Assembly (NCBI GenBank): GCA_030038435.1
Contig: JASHOY010000462.1
Coordinates: 12,850 to 76,849 of the forward strand
Source: Acidobacteriaceae bacterium
Lineage (GTDB): Bacteria > Acidobacteriota > Terriglobia > Terriglobales > Acidobacteriaceae
Direction: 5' to 3'
DNA: 64,000 nt
The notes below the pieces were generated by a model, which saw nothing but the letters and a program-made list of their open reading frames with translations, ran no database searches and had not been told where the DNA came from. Shown here piece after piece: positions 1 through 8,699 of the stretch. Position numbers and translations under genes: made by a program. How positions within the stretch are numbered: the first letter of the stretch is position 1; every line of letters starts with the position of its first letter.

Positions 1-327
1 CGGTCACAGAGGCTCCGGCGATCAGTATGCTCGACTCAGCGGCGGCGATGGCTTAGTTCTAAGATCGTTGATATTTCGAAGTTGTTCCTCTTCGAGAATC
101 CCGGTTCGATGCCGGGATTTTCGCTTTATTTTCGTATTGCGCATCTGCCGAAGCGGGTGCATCATACATTGAAATCTCCGTTTGCGCTGGAGTAGCCGTT
201 GGGGAGGCACCTTTCCGGTTTAGGCAAAATCCTCATGAACGGGTGCTTGCTACCAAAGCGCTATGGAAAAAAATCAAAAATGCTCGATTCTATATAGAAG
301 ATTCAGTCATTTCGAGGGGACCCACAA

Positions 328-1659
328 GTGGACTGGAGCAGACTCCCGGACGTTGGCGCTGTCGGATTGCTGACCTGCGCATTTGTGTCTGTGGCCAAGC
401 GCGCCCAGAGCTCTGAATCGAGTGTGTGGCTCATTGGCTGGTTGATGATCGTCTTGCATTTCTTTGCCCAGATTTTTCAGAACCTAAATGGGCCTGTCGG
501 CAATGGCGCCGCCTTCGCCAGTGTTTGTGCACTCGCCTGGGGCGGCCTGCTCTTTACGTGGGCGGCCGTTCCTTACAGAAACCGATCCTCCAGTCGCTGG
601 ATGCTCGGCGTCATGGCCGGCAATTACACCCTTTACCTGGCGGTGCTTTACTTCGCATCCAGTGCCACTTGGGCACTTACGCTTGTTGCCGTCCTCTTCG
701 GAGCCTTGCCTCTAGCCATTGCGCTCATCAGCATGCGCAACTCCAGCTTCTCTCAGCGCTGGCTCATTGTTTTGCTCAATTGCGCTCTCAGCGCCTTCCT
801 TCTGGTCTTTCAGAACCGGCCCGGCAACGGCCCAAGTCTGGCTCTTAACGCGGTTTTCTGCGCCGTCTATCTTGGCGCCTGCATCCACTTCTGTCACGCG
901 TACTGGCGGGCCACAACCGGCGCGTTTATCAGCATCAGCGGGTTTTTCGCCTGGTCCATGGTCTTCGTGGTTGGCCCGCTCACCCTGGCCTATTTGCCCA
1001 ACCTCAAACTGGAAAGCGAAGTCTGGAACCTTCCCAAGTACCTGGTTGCCGTGGGCATGATTCTTCTCCTGCTTGAAGACCAGATCGAACACAACAAATA
1101 CCTCGCACTGCACGACGAGTTGACCGGGCTGCCTAACCGGCGCCTCTTTCAGGACCGTCTCACCAGCGCACTGGAGCGCGCCAGGCGCCTGGGCACGCAA
1201 GCCGCTCTCCTGCTCGTCGACCTCGATCACTTTAAGGATGTAAACGATACCTTCGGGCATCATACCGGCGACCTGGTGCTGGCCCGAGTCGGCGCCGTAC
1301 TGAACGGACGGGTTCGCCGCTCCGACACCGTTGCGCGCACCGGCGGTGACGAGTTTTCCATTGTTCTCGAAGAGCCCACCACGCGTGAAGACGCCGAGCG
1401 CGTCTGCAACTCTCTCATGCAACTGCTCGCCTCTCCCATCAATATTGAGGAGCACACCGTGAGCGTGGGTGCTAGCGTCGGTTTCGCCATCTTCCCCGAT
1501 GATGCCGCCACCTCCGAATCCTTGTGCATTGCTGCTGATTTGCGCATGTACAGCGAAAAGTATGTCTCCAGGAATATTGCCGAGTCGTCCGCTCAAACAG
1601 CCGAAAACTGCGGCGACCGCAATGAAAACGGGAGAACCACCTTGGCCGCATCGAAATAG
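328..1659 (+). CDS. Membrane-bound diguanylate cyclase (multi-TM N-terminus + GGDEF domain)
   Basis: About 8 hydrophobic segments, then HDELTGLPNRR, DLDHFKDVNDTFGH and an intact GGDEF. RxxD I-site (RRSD) lies 5 aa upstream of GGDEF. GTG start. Confidence 0.93.
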   Translation: MDWSRLPDVGAVGLLTCAFVSVAKRAQSSESSVWLIGWLMIVLHFFAQIFQNLNGPVGNGAAFASVCALAWGGLLFTWAAVPYRNRSSSRWMLGVMAGNYTLYLAVLYFASSATWALTLVAVLFGALPLAIALISMRNSSFSQRWLIVLLNCALSAFLLVFQNRPGNGPSLALNAVFCAVYLGACIHFCHAYWRATTGAFISISGFFAWSMVFVVGPLTLAYLPNLKLESEVWNLPKYLVAVGMILLLLEDQIEHNKYLALHDELTGLPNRRLFQDRLTSALERARRLGTQAALLLVDLDHFKDVNDTFGHHTGDLVLARVGAVLNGRVRRSDTVARTGGDEFSIVLEEPTTREDAERVCNSLMQLLASPINIEEHTVSVGASVGFAIFPDDAATSESLCIAADLRMYSEKYVSRNIAESSAQTAENCGDRNENGRTTLAASK

Positions 1660-1740
1660 GGCCTGCCGCGCTTCGCCAATGAACTGTGGTCTATTCTTTC
1701 CCCGGCGGGCATCGCCGGCATTTATCCCCGGCACATATCC

Positions 1741-1776
1741 ATCAAAAGAGAGCGCAATATCAAAAGAGAGCGCAAT
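1741..1776. repeat. Perfect 18-bp tandem direct repeat (ATCAAAAGAGAGCGCAAT x2)
   Basis: Read directly at 1741-1758 and 1759-1776. Confidence 0.9.
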
Positions 1777-1964
1777 TCTGATCCAGTAAGCGCGAGTCTG
1801 ATTCGGACACCGATGACATGGCCACTCGCACCCCTGCATCCTGCGCATCCCCAATGCGCGGAACGGCCGGCCTCACCACCCGCAAATCGCGGGCTCTGTT
1901 CCCGCACCGTGCTCTCATGCCCATTTCCACCGTTCCCGTGGTTTGCGCCAGCAGATGGATTCCG

Positions 1965-2657
1965 CTAAAGGGCTGCAATCTCTCCAGTCTCGGCGATGCT
2001 TTTGAAATTCTCCAGAACCCTGCGCAACATTTCTTGTGGAACGCGTTCGAAAAAACCGCTGATCGCTCGCAGCATGGCTCCCGCTGGCACCTTTGAAAAA
2101 TCGATTTCATAGTGCAGCGTCGCCGCCGTGCCCAGCCCCTGCGGTGCAGCGCTGAACCGCATCCGCTCGTCCACTTGCACCAGGGAGTCGGAAACCGTTC
2201 TCCAATGCACCAGTTCATCCGGGCGCGCTTCCACCAGCAGCGCTTCCAGCTCTATCTTGCCCACCGGCAGTTCGATTGTGGATCGAACATGATCTGGCCC
2301 CAGCGATTGCATATACCCGAAGGGATACATAACTCTGCTGACTACGTCGTGATTCAGCCATAACGCGAAAACTTCGGCAGGGCTCCTGCTGATGGTAATC
2401 GACTGCTCGATCGTCTGCTCTGTGGCAGCCTTGCGAGCCCCGACCCTCACCGGGCAGACAGGGGCGTCAGAGGCGGTTGCGCCCCAGTAGATCATGGCGC
2501 CACCCGCCGCCGCTGCCGTCAAGCGAAACATCGATTGCTTCTTTAGCGCAAGAAACATCAGGAGTGCCCCGGAAGCGATTGCCAGGGCTCGGAAAGCCGG
2601 CTCGCATTGCAGTGCCGATGCCGGTTCGTGCCGCATTTGCTCGATCAGGCTAGCCAT
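1965..2657 (-). CDS. SRPBCC / cyclase-dehydrase family protein with N-terminal hydrophobic hairpin
   Basis: IEQSITISRSPAEVFALW ... LENFKSIAETGEI are typical SRPBCC family ends. Start uncertain; the ORF is open to 2798. Confidence 0.75.
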   Translation of the reverse strand: MASLIEQMRHEPASALQCEPAFRALAIASGALLMFLALKKQSMFRLTAAAAGGAMIYWGATASDAPVCPVRVGARKAATEQTIEQSITISRSPAEVFALWLNHDVVSRVMYPFGYMQSLGPDHVRSTIELPVGKIELEALLVEARPDELVHWRTVSDSLVQVDERMRFSAAPQGLGTAATLHYEIDFSKVPAGAMLRAISGFFERVPQEMLRRVLENFKSIAETGEIAAL

Positions 2658-2860
2658 CAAATTCTCCGTGAGTAAGGAATCTTCGCGCTGCGGGAGGCAA
2701 ACCTGGAGCAATTCTCGTGCGTGGAAAGGCATCCGTGAGTCAGCGTCCGCGGCGCCTTCCGGCGAGCAATCTGCCGCCACTGACCGGTGCGATGGCATCT
2801 ACGCGCATACCGTTGCTCTGCGAATGGCTCCGGTGCATCAGACCAGCGCGGGGCATGGGC

Positions 2861-2893
2861 AAAAAACAAGGCCCGGATTCGTCATCCGGGCCT
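2861..2893 (-). terminator. Intrinsic terminator of pnp
   Basis: Minus strand reads AGGCCCGGA-loop-TCCGGGCCT followed by TGTTTTTT, about 25 nt after the pnp stop. Confidence 0.85.
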
Positions 2894-2916
2894 CTCGACA
2901 GTTCGATTTTGAATCT

Positions 2917-5358
2917 TCAGCTTTGGCCGCCGCCACCAGGCCGGCTTCCCCCACGCCGCCTGCGCCGCCGGCGATTGTTGCCGGCACCACCCTGCGGGCG
3001 TCCTCCACCGAATCCCTGACCACCCGCATGCGCTGGGGCTCCATCCGCGCGGTTGAAGTTCGGCTCGCTGGATTCATCAAACTCTTCCGTTTCGTTTTCG
3101 TCGAAGTCCCCGCCCTCGATCAGGATCGTGCTCTGATTGGATGACGGCTGACGCTCGTCGAACTCGTGACGTGAAAGCTTCGGAGCGGCCGGCGCTGGTC
3201 CCCCCGCCGCAGCAACAGGAGAAGAACCTCCCTCGTTGCCGCCAGTGCTTTGCGCCAGCTTCGCCTTCTGCTCCTTAATGAGCGCCTTCCGGCTAAGCTT
3301 GATGCGGTTGCCCTCGATGGCCAAGACCTTTACCATCACCTGGTCTCCCTCGCGCAACTCGTCCTTCACTTCCTTCACGCGATGTTCGGCAATCTCAGAG
3401 ATGTGCAGCAGGCCGTCGGTTCCCGGAAACAGTTCGACAAACGCGCCGAACTCCGCAATTCGCACCACTTTGCCGAGATAAACCTTGCCGACTTCCGGCA
3501 CCGCAGTGACGTCGTTGATCATTGCCAGGGCTCTTTTCAGTCCGTCAGCGTCGCTGGAAGCAACGCTCACCCGTCCGTTGTCGTCCACGTCAATTTTGGC
3601 GCCGGTCTGTTCTACAATGCCGCGAATCGTCGCGCCACCCTTGCCGATGAGATCGCGAATCTTGTCGGTCGGAATCTGTACCGTTTCGATGCGGGGCGCA
3701 TATTGAGAGCGTTCCTGGCGTGGCCCGTCGATCTCCGCATCCATCTTGTCGAGCAGGAAGAGCCGGCCGCGCCGCGCCTGCTCCATCGCCTGTTGCAGGA
3801 TTTCGCGCGTCAGGCCGCCGATCTTGATGTCCATCTGCAGAGCGGTGATGCCCTTGCGCGTTCCGGCGACCTTAAAGTCCATATCGCCGTAATGGTCCTC
3901 CGCACCGGCGATGTCGGTGAGAATGGCAAAATCATCGCCCTCCTTGACCAGTCCCATTGCTACGCCGGCCACGGCTCCCTTGAGCGGAATGCCGGCGTCA
4001 AAGAGCGCCAGACTGGCGCCGCACACCGAAGCCATGGACGAGGAGCCATTTGATTCCAGAATGTCGGAGACGATGCGAATCGAGTAGGGGGATTCTTCAC
4101 TGCTGGGTAACACTGCGGAAATCGCCCGTTCTGCAAGGGCGCCATGGCCCACTTCGCGACGGCCCACGCCGGTCATGCGTCCGGTTTCGCCCACGCTGAA
4201 TGGCGGAAAGTTGTAATGAAGCATGAAGTTCTTCTTCATCTCACCTTCGTAGGACTCGAGCCGCTGGCTGTCGTCCATAGTGCCCAGGGTCGCGGTCACC
4301 AGAGCTTGCGTTTCGCCGCGCGTAAAGAGCGCCGAGCCATGCGTCCTTGGAAGCACACTGGTCTCAATCGTTATTGGGCGAATTTCATCGAATGCGCGCC
4401 GGTCGGGACGGATCCGCTCCTTCGTCACCTGCTCGCGGAACAGCCGCTCGCGCATCAATTCGTAGTATTGCGCCAGCTTCTTCTTGGCCTCTGCGTCTTC
4501 GGCAGGCAACTCCGCAACCAACTCGTCCTTGATCTGCTTGATCAGCGAGTAGCTCTCGGTCTTACCGTGAGTCTTGGTGTCAAGCGCATCGCTCAGCCGC
4601 GCGCCGATTTTCGCCTTCAGCTCGCCGTAATACGCCTCGTCGACCACGGGCGGAACAAACACTCGCTTCTGCTTACCCGCCTTGGCGGCCAATTCGTCGA
4701 TGGCAGCGACAATCTTCCTGATTTCGCCGTGCGCAAATTCGATCGCCGCCAGAACCACCTCTTCGCTTTCTTCCTTCGCGCCCGCCTCGATCATCACAAT
4801 GCCGTCTTTGTGCCCCACCACCATGATGTTCACCGTCGTCAACGCCCGCTCGGCATAAGTGGGATTCACAACAAATTCGCCGTTGACGCGACCTATGCGC
4901 ACTGCGCCCACCGTGGCGCCGAATGGAATATCGGACAGTGCCAGGGCGGCGGCCGCTGCATTGATACCGATCACATCGGGATCGTTTTCTTTATCCGCCG
5001 AAAAAACCAGCGCAATGATCTGTGTCTCGTTCCGGAACCCATCAGGGAACAGAGGACGGATGGGGCGATCGATCTGGCGCGCGGTCAAAATCTCCTTTTC
5101 GCTGGGACGTCCTTCGCGCTTGATGAAGCCGCCTGGAATGCGTCCGCCGGCATACGTGTATTCGCGATAATCCACCGTGAGGGGGAAGAAATCAATCCCC
5201 TCCCTCATATCAGGAGAAGCCACCGCCGTGGCCAGCACCACGGTTTCGCCTGTGCTCACCAGCGCGGCCCCGGAGGCCTGCTTGGCCATGCGGCCGGTTT
5301 CAAACACCAGCCGTTTGCCGCCCGCTAGCTCGACGGCTACTTCATGCTTAGTAGACAT
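2917..5358 (-). CDS. pnp: Polyribonucleotide nucleotidyltransferase (PNPase) with long C-terminal tail
   Basis: FFPLTVDY, RRExGHG, SNGSSSMAS and DMDFKVAG motifs; KH and S1 domains; follows rpsO. Confidence 0.98.
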   Translation of the reverse strand: MSTKHEVAVELAGGKRLVFETGRMAKQASGAALVSTGETVVLATAVASPDMREGIDFFPLTVDYREYTYAGGRIPGGFIKREGRPSEKEILTARQIDRPIRPLFPDGFRNETQIIALVFSADKENDPDVIGINAAAAALALSDIPFGATVGAVRIGRVNGEFVVNPTYAERALTTVNIMVVGHKDGIVMIEAGAKEESEEVVLAAIEFAHGEIRKIVAAIDELAAKAGKQKRVFVPPVVDEAYYGELKAKIGARLSDALDTKTHGKTESYSLIKQIKDELVAELPAEDAEAKKKLAQYYELMRERLFREQVTKERIRPDRRAFDEIRPITIETSVLPRTHGSALFTRGETQALVTATLGTMDDSQRLESYEGEMKKNFMLHYNFPPFSVGETGRMTGVGRREVGHGALAERAISAVLPSSEESPYSIRIVSDILESNGSSSMASVCGASLALFDAGIPLKGAVAGVAMGLVKEGDDFAILTDIAGAEDHYGDMDFKVAGTRKGITALQMDIKIGGLTREILQQAMEQARRGRLFLLDKMDAEIDGPRQERSQYAPRIETVQIPTDKIRDLIGKGGATIRGIVEQTGAKIDVDDNGRVSVASSDADGLKRALAMINDVTAVPEVGKVYLGKVVRIAEFGAFVELFPGTDGLLHISEIAEHRVKEVKDELREGDQVMVKVLAIEGNRIKLSRKALIKEQKAKLAQSTGGNEGGSSPVAAAGGPAPAAPKLSRHEFDERQPSSNQSTILIEGGDFDENETEEFDESSEPNFNRADGAPAHAGGQGFGGGRPQGGAGNNRRRRRRRGGSRPGGGGQS

Positions 5359-5782
5359 AATTGTCCTCTTTTCATTTGGTTCGTTTGGGAAACTTGTATG
5401 CGGAGGGAGTCTGCCAGGTTGCGAATTGCGCCCGAATTCCGAGGCTGCAACGAGACGCGAGGCTCGGAGAGCGTCAGTACTCTCGCGCTGCAGGCAGTCA
5501 TGAAATCAATCGGATCTGCAGGCCCTGAGGCGGGCTCTTCAGAACCATGGCCCAGAATCGCGCGCACTTTCGCCGCTGCTTTAGTTCTTGGGAAGGCTCG
5601 AGGTGAATATACGCCGCTCGGCCGATCCACCTGTAACAGCCAGCCCTCTCTGCAGCGAAACCCCGCCGTCATCACCGGCAGCAGGAGTGCTTTGCCGGTT
5701 CCTTCGTCCCGCGCTCCACAGAGAGCGCAGGCCTTGACCCATGTCCGGTCTGGGCGCTTCCGATTCAACGTCAGCTTTCTGA
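5359..5782 (-). promoter_or_regulatory. Long structured rpsO-pnp intergenic leader
   Basis: Nested inverted repeats at 5708-5731, 5674-5699, 5568-5660 and 5445-5493, plus long-range pairing 5749-5755/5550-5556. Confidence 0.55.
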
Positions 5783-6049
5783 TTACTTGCGGATACCGAG
5801 CTTGCCAATCACGGTCCGGTAACGGTCCGAATCGTGAGTCTTCAGGTAATCCAGCAGGCGGCGGCGCTTGCTGACCAGCATCAACAGTCCACGGCGCGAA
5901 GCATGATCCTTCTTGTGGGTCTTGAAGTGCTCGGTCAAATCACCAATCCGCTCACTCAGAATCGCGATCTGGACCTCCGGGGATCCGGTGTCAGTGTCGT
6001 GGGTGCGGAAGCGTGCAATCAGGTCAGTTTTCTTAGCGGTCGCCAGCAC
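5783..6049 (-). CDS. rpsO: 30S ribosomal protein S15
   Basis: [10 protein letters not shown] and [10 protein letters not shown] motifs; 88 aa; GAGGAG RBS; GTG start. Confidence 0.98.
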   Translation of the reverse strand: MLATAKKTDLIARFRTHDTDTGSPEVQIAILSERIGDLTEHFKTHKKDHASRRGLLMLVSKRRRLLDYLKTHDSDRYRTVIGKLGIRK

Positions 6050-6142
6050 GGCGCGTGTTACTCCTCTTGTCTTCTCTGTCCACTCTCAAGTGTCTACTTG
6101 AGATTACCATGAACGCCGGTCGCGAGGAAACGCGGCGGGGAA

Positions 6143-6171
6143 AGATCACCTTGGCATTCCGGCCCTGTCAA
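6143..6171 (-). promoter_or_regulatory. Candidate sigma70 promoter for rpsO
   Basis: TTGACA-N17-TGATCT. An alternative extended -10 (TGgTAATCT) lies near 6101-6109. Confidence 0.4.
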
Positions 6172-6284
6172 GCAGGCTTTTGCGTCGGTAAAGCTTCCAC
6201 AGCCAGTTGAAAATGCCGCGCTCGCAGTCCGGCACGCGGCTGCCGAAGGACAAAAGCCAAATGCCGACGGCCGCGAGCCAGCAA

Positions 6285-7316
6285 CTAATTCCCACCTTGT
6301 CCCAACCAATAGTCCGACCGCGCGACGATCTTTGCTCCATAATCCTCTACCGTGCGCACTTTGATCATGTGCAATCCCGGCGTGGGGTTGGATGGGCTGA
6401 AGGTAATCAAATACCGGTTGCGCACGTCGCGCGCCGCGTTCACTACCCGCTGCTCAAAACGCTTGTCGCCGGTGAAGGTGGTATATTCTCCCCCGCTCAT
6501 GTCGCTAATTTCTTTCACTACGTTCTTTCGCATTCCCCTGATCAGCATTAGCAGGGGTGTCATCAGGTTAGCCGCTGCGCCGGCTTCATTATCACTGTTG
6601 AAGGACTGGGCTAGTTCTGCCTGCGCCGGTGAAAACGAAACGCTCAACACCAGCACGTCTGTCCGTCCGATCTGCCGGATCACCTGTTCTGGTTTCACAT
6701 GCTTGCTGCCGTGGTCGCGCTCCTCGCTGATGAGCAGCAATACGCGGCGATAGGCTTGCGGCTCGTCTTCCAGCAGACTGACCGCGTAGCTCACCGTGTC
6801 CAAAATCGCATCGCCACCGTCGCCTGGCTGCAGGTTGTTCAGGGCCTTGTTCAATTCCGCACTGGAATGCGTAAAATCGCAAATCAAATGCTGCCCCGAG
6901 TCGAAACCCACCAGCGCCGCCCGGCTCCGCGGGTCCACCATAAACAAATCTAGCAGTGGTCCCATCTTCGCCAGCTTCCCAAACTCCAACACACTCGCCC
7001 CACCAAGTTCGACGGCCACCACCAGGGCTACCGGCGCCGTATCCATCTCCTGCTGCACATGGATCTGCTGCGGAACGCCGTCGTCTTCCAGGACAAAGTC
7101 CTTCTGCTTCAGGCCGTATATCACCTGCCCGTGCCTCTCGACCAGAGTCGGCACCAGCACTTCGGTCGTGGTGGTCTGAATCGTGGCCTGCGGCCCCTGC
7201 TGCTGTGAGGGCATCGGCTGGGGCGGCTCGATTGGCGGCAACTGTTGCGCACCCACCGCTCCGATGACCGACAAAAAGCAAATGAGAATTGACAAGGGAC
7301 GAGGCATGACTTCCAT
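6285..7316 (-). CDS. Secreted VWA-domain protein (acidobacterial VWFA-related type)
   Basis: Signal peptide, Pro/Gln linker, then YGLKQKDFVLEDDGVPQQI, VLLLISEERDHGSK and SGGEY. Confidence 0.85.
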   Translation of the reverse strand: MEVMPRPLSILICFLSVIGAVGAQQLPPIEPPQPMPSQQQGPQATIQTTTTEVLVPTLVERHGQVIYGLKQKDFVLEDDGVPQQIHVQQEMDTAPVALVVAVELGGASVLEFGKLAKMGPLLDLFMVDPRSRAALVGFDSGQHLICDFTHSSAELNKALNNLQPGDGGDAILDTVSYAVSLLEDEPQAYRRVLLLISEERDHGSKHVKPEQVIRQIGRTDVLVLSVSFSPAQAELAQSFNSDNEAGAAANLMTPLLMLIRGMRKNVVKEISDMSGGEYTTFTGDKRFEQRVVNAARDVRNRYLITFSPSNPTPGLHMIKVRTVEDYGAKIVARSDYWLGQGGN

Positions 7317-7414
7317 GTGTTCTTAGACTTCAGGATACAGAATGGAGCGCGGGCGCATGCCCCTAACCTCATTTTATGAATCTCGGAATTTGAAGAGGAA
7401 CCTGAAGCGGGGCG

Positions 7415-7639
7415 TCACGCCCGCTTTCGCGCTTCGCGCTCCATGCGCCCCGTCCAAAATAGAAAATTGATCAACTCGCCGCGCGTCGACCACAGAAACC
7501 GCAGGATGCCCCCTGCGGTCAGCGTCTCGGCCGGGACGCCTGAATAGGTCTCCACCCGCCAGCGTAAGTATTCGCTACGCCAAGGGCTAAGTCGATGCCC
7601 GCGAGTCGCATTCCAGATAAACCGGATCGCCGTCAACAA
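7415..7639 (-). CDS. Small hypothetical protein (74 aa, Trp/Arg-rich)
   Basis: Protein-like segment RGHRLSPWRSEYLRWRVETYSG. TTG start inferred; the longer ORF overlaps flgL. Confidence 0.6.
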   Translation of the reverse strand: MLTAIRFIWNATRGHRLSPWRSEYLRWRVETYSGVPAETLTAGGILRFLWSTRGELINFLFWTGRMEREARKRA

Positions 7640-7706
7640 GCTCTCTACCTCAACAAGCTCACTACCTTGCATCAAGGATAGAGCATGACCGGAGTCGCAC
7701 AATGGG

Positions 7707-8615
7707 TCAGGAGAGCTTGCTGAACAAATCGTTGGCCGCCGACGACAATTCCGCAAACACATTTTCGAGCGCCGTCTGCTGTGTCTCTGCCAGCGAGAGT
7801 TGCGACGCCACCTGCCCTACATCTGCCTGCATCAAGTTTGTCTGCGCCGCGGTAAGTTGCGTTTGCTCGTTTGTCACCGCGCCCGACGCATCGTTCAACT
7901 GCGTGATCGAGTTGTCGATCGTCACTCTTTGCTGTGAAACGTATCCGAGCGCCGTGCTTAGGGCTGTCGTGTCGCTCACTGCCTGCTGGGTGTCCACTGT
8001 GCCCGTTGCATAGTCGGCCACCAGCGCGTTTAACGCTGCAAATACGCTGTTTGTGCCACTGCCCAAAAAGATCCGGTCTCCAGGTACATTCATCTGCACC
8101 TTCTGGCCATTCGGCAACTGTAGATAATTCACGTCGTCGTCGCCGCTATAGGTCGTGACTCCGAGCGTTCCTGAAGACGTGGTGAACGGGGAGGTGCCGG
8201 TTTGGCCACCGGCAAAAATGTACTGCCCTTGATAGCTGCTGTTGGCCAGCGACTGCACCTCGTCGAGAATGCCCGCCAGTTGCGATGAAATCGACTTCAC
8301 GTCGCTTGCATTCATCGTCCCATTGTTGGCACTGGTGGCCAGAGAGATCGCCTGCGTCAATTGGGATACAACGCTGCCCAGCGCTGAATCCGCCACCTGG
8401 AGCTGTCCGCTCACCGCGTCCGCGCTCTCCGTGAATGAATCATCCTGCTGGATCTGGCCGAGCAGCAGCACGTTTTCCCCTGCCGCCACCGGATCCTGAC
8501 CCAGCGAAGTCACTCGTACCCCGCTCGACAACTCCGAAGTCAATTGCTGTTCGTTGGCCTGAACCGAGTCCAGCGAATTCGCGAGACCTGTCAGATAATT
8601 CGGATCAACTCGCAT
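7707..8615 (-). CDS. flgL: Flagellar hook-associated protein 3
   Basis: Flagellin-like termini (ELSSGVRV..DP, LANSSYQGQYIFAG); directly downstream of flgK. Start placed at MRVDPNY after GGAG. Confidence 0.9.
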   Translation of the reverse strand: MRVDPNYLTGLANSLDSVQANEQQLTSELSSGVRVTSLGQDPVAAGENVLLLGQIQQDDSFTESADAVSGQLQVADSALGSVVSQLTQAISLATSANNGTMNASDVKSISSQLAGILDEVQSLANSSYQGQYIFAGGQTGTSPFTTSSGTLGVTTYSGDDDVNYLQLPNGQKVQMNVPGDRIFLGSGTNSVFAALNALVADYATGTVDTQQAVSDTTALSTALGYVSQQRVTIDNSITQLNDASGAVTNEQTQLTAAQTNLMQADVGQVASQLSLAETQQTALENVFAELSSAANDLFSKLS

Positions 8616-8699
8616 GTTTTTCTCCGCTGCGAAGATCTCCGGTTCCCGGGCGAAAGCCCGATTGCTGCTAGCCCGCAACTAAGAAGTTGCAGGCTTGTC

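Noticed and set aside
22-210. 62-aa minus-strand ORF at the window start
   Set aside because: No motif or RBS support; more likely intergenic sequence.
1741-1776. Tandem repeats (here and 26518-26564) as CRISPR remnants
   Set aside because: Only two copies, no spacer-length unique sequence between them, and no cas genes.
4144-5328. Long antisense ORFs (this one, and 712-1854, 17828-18808, 31539-32699, 32790-33983, 38385-39671, 42383-43591, 53238-54410)
   Set aside because: Shadow frames of well-identified genes in GC-rich DNA; no recognisable motifs.
5337-5874. ORFs across the rpsO-pnp spacer
   Set aside because: They overlap the flanking genes and lack RBS and protein-like composition; RNA structure explains the region better.
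6084-6103. 8-bp hairpin in the rpsO leader as an S15 autoregulatory RNA
   Set aside because: Plausible by analogy, but it overlaps a possible -10 element and I could not match it to a defined S15 leader fold by eye.
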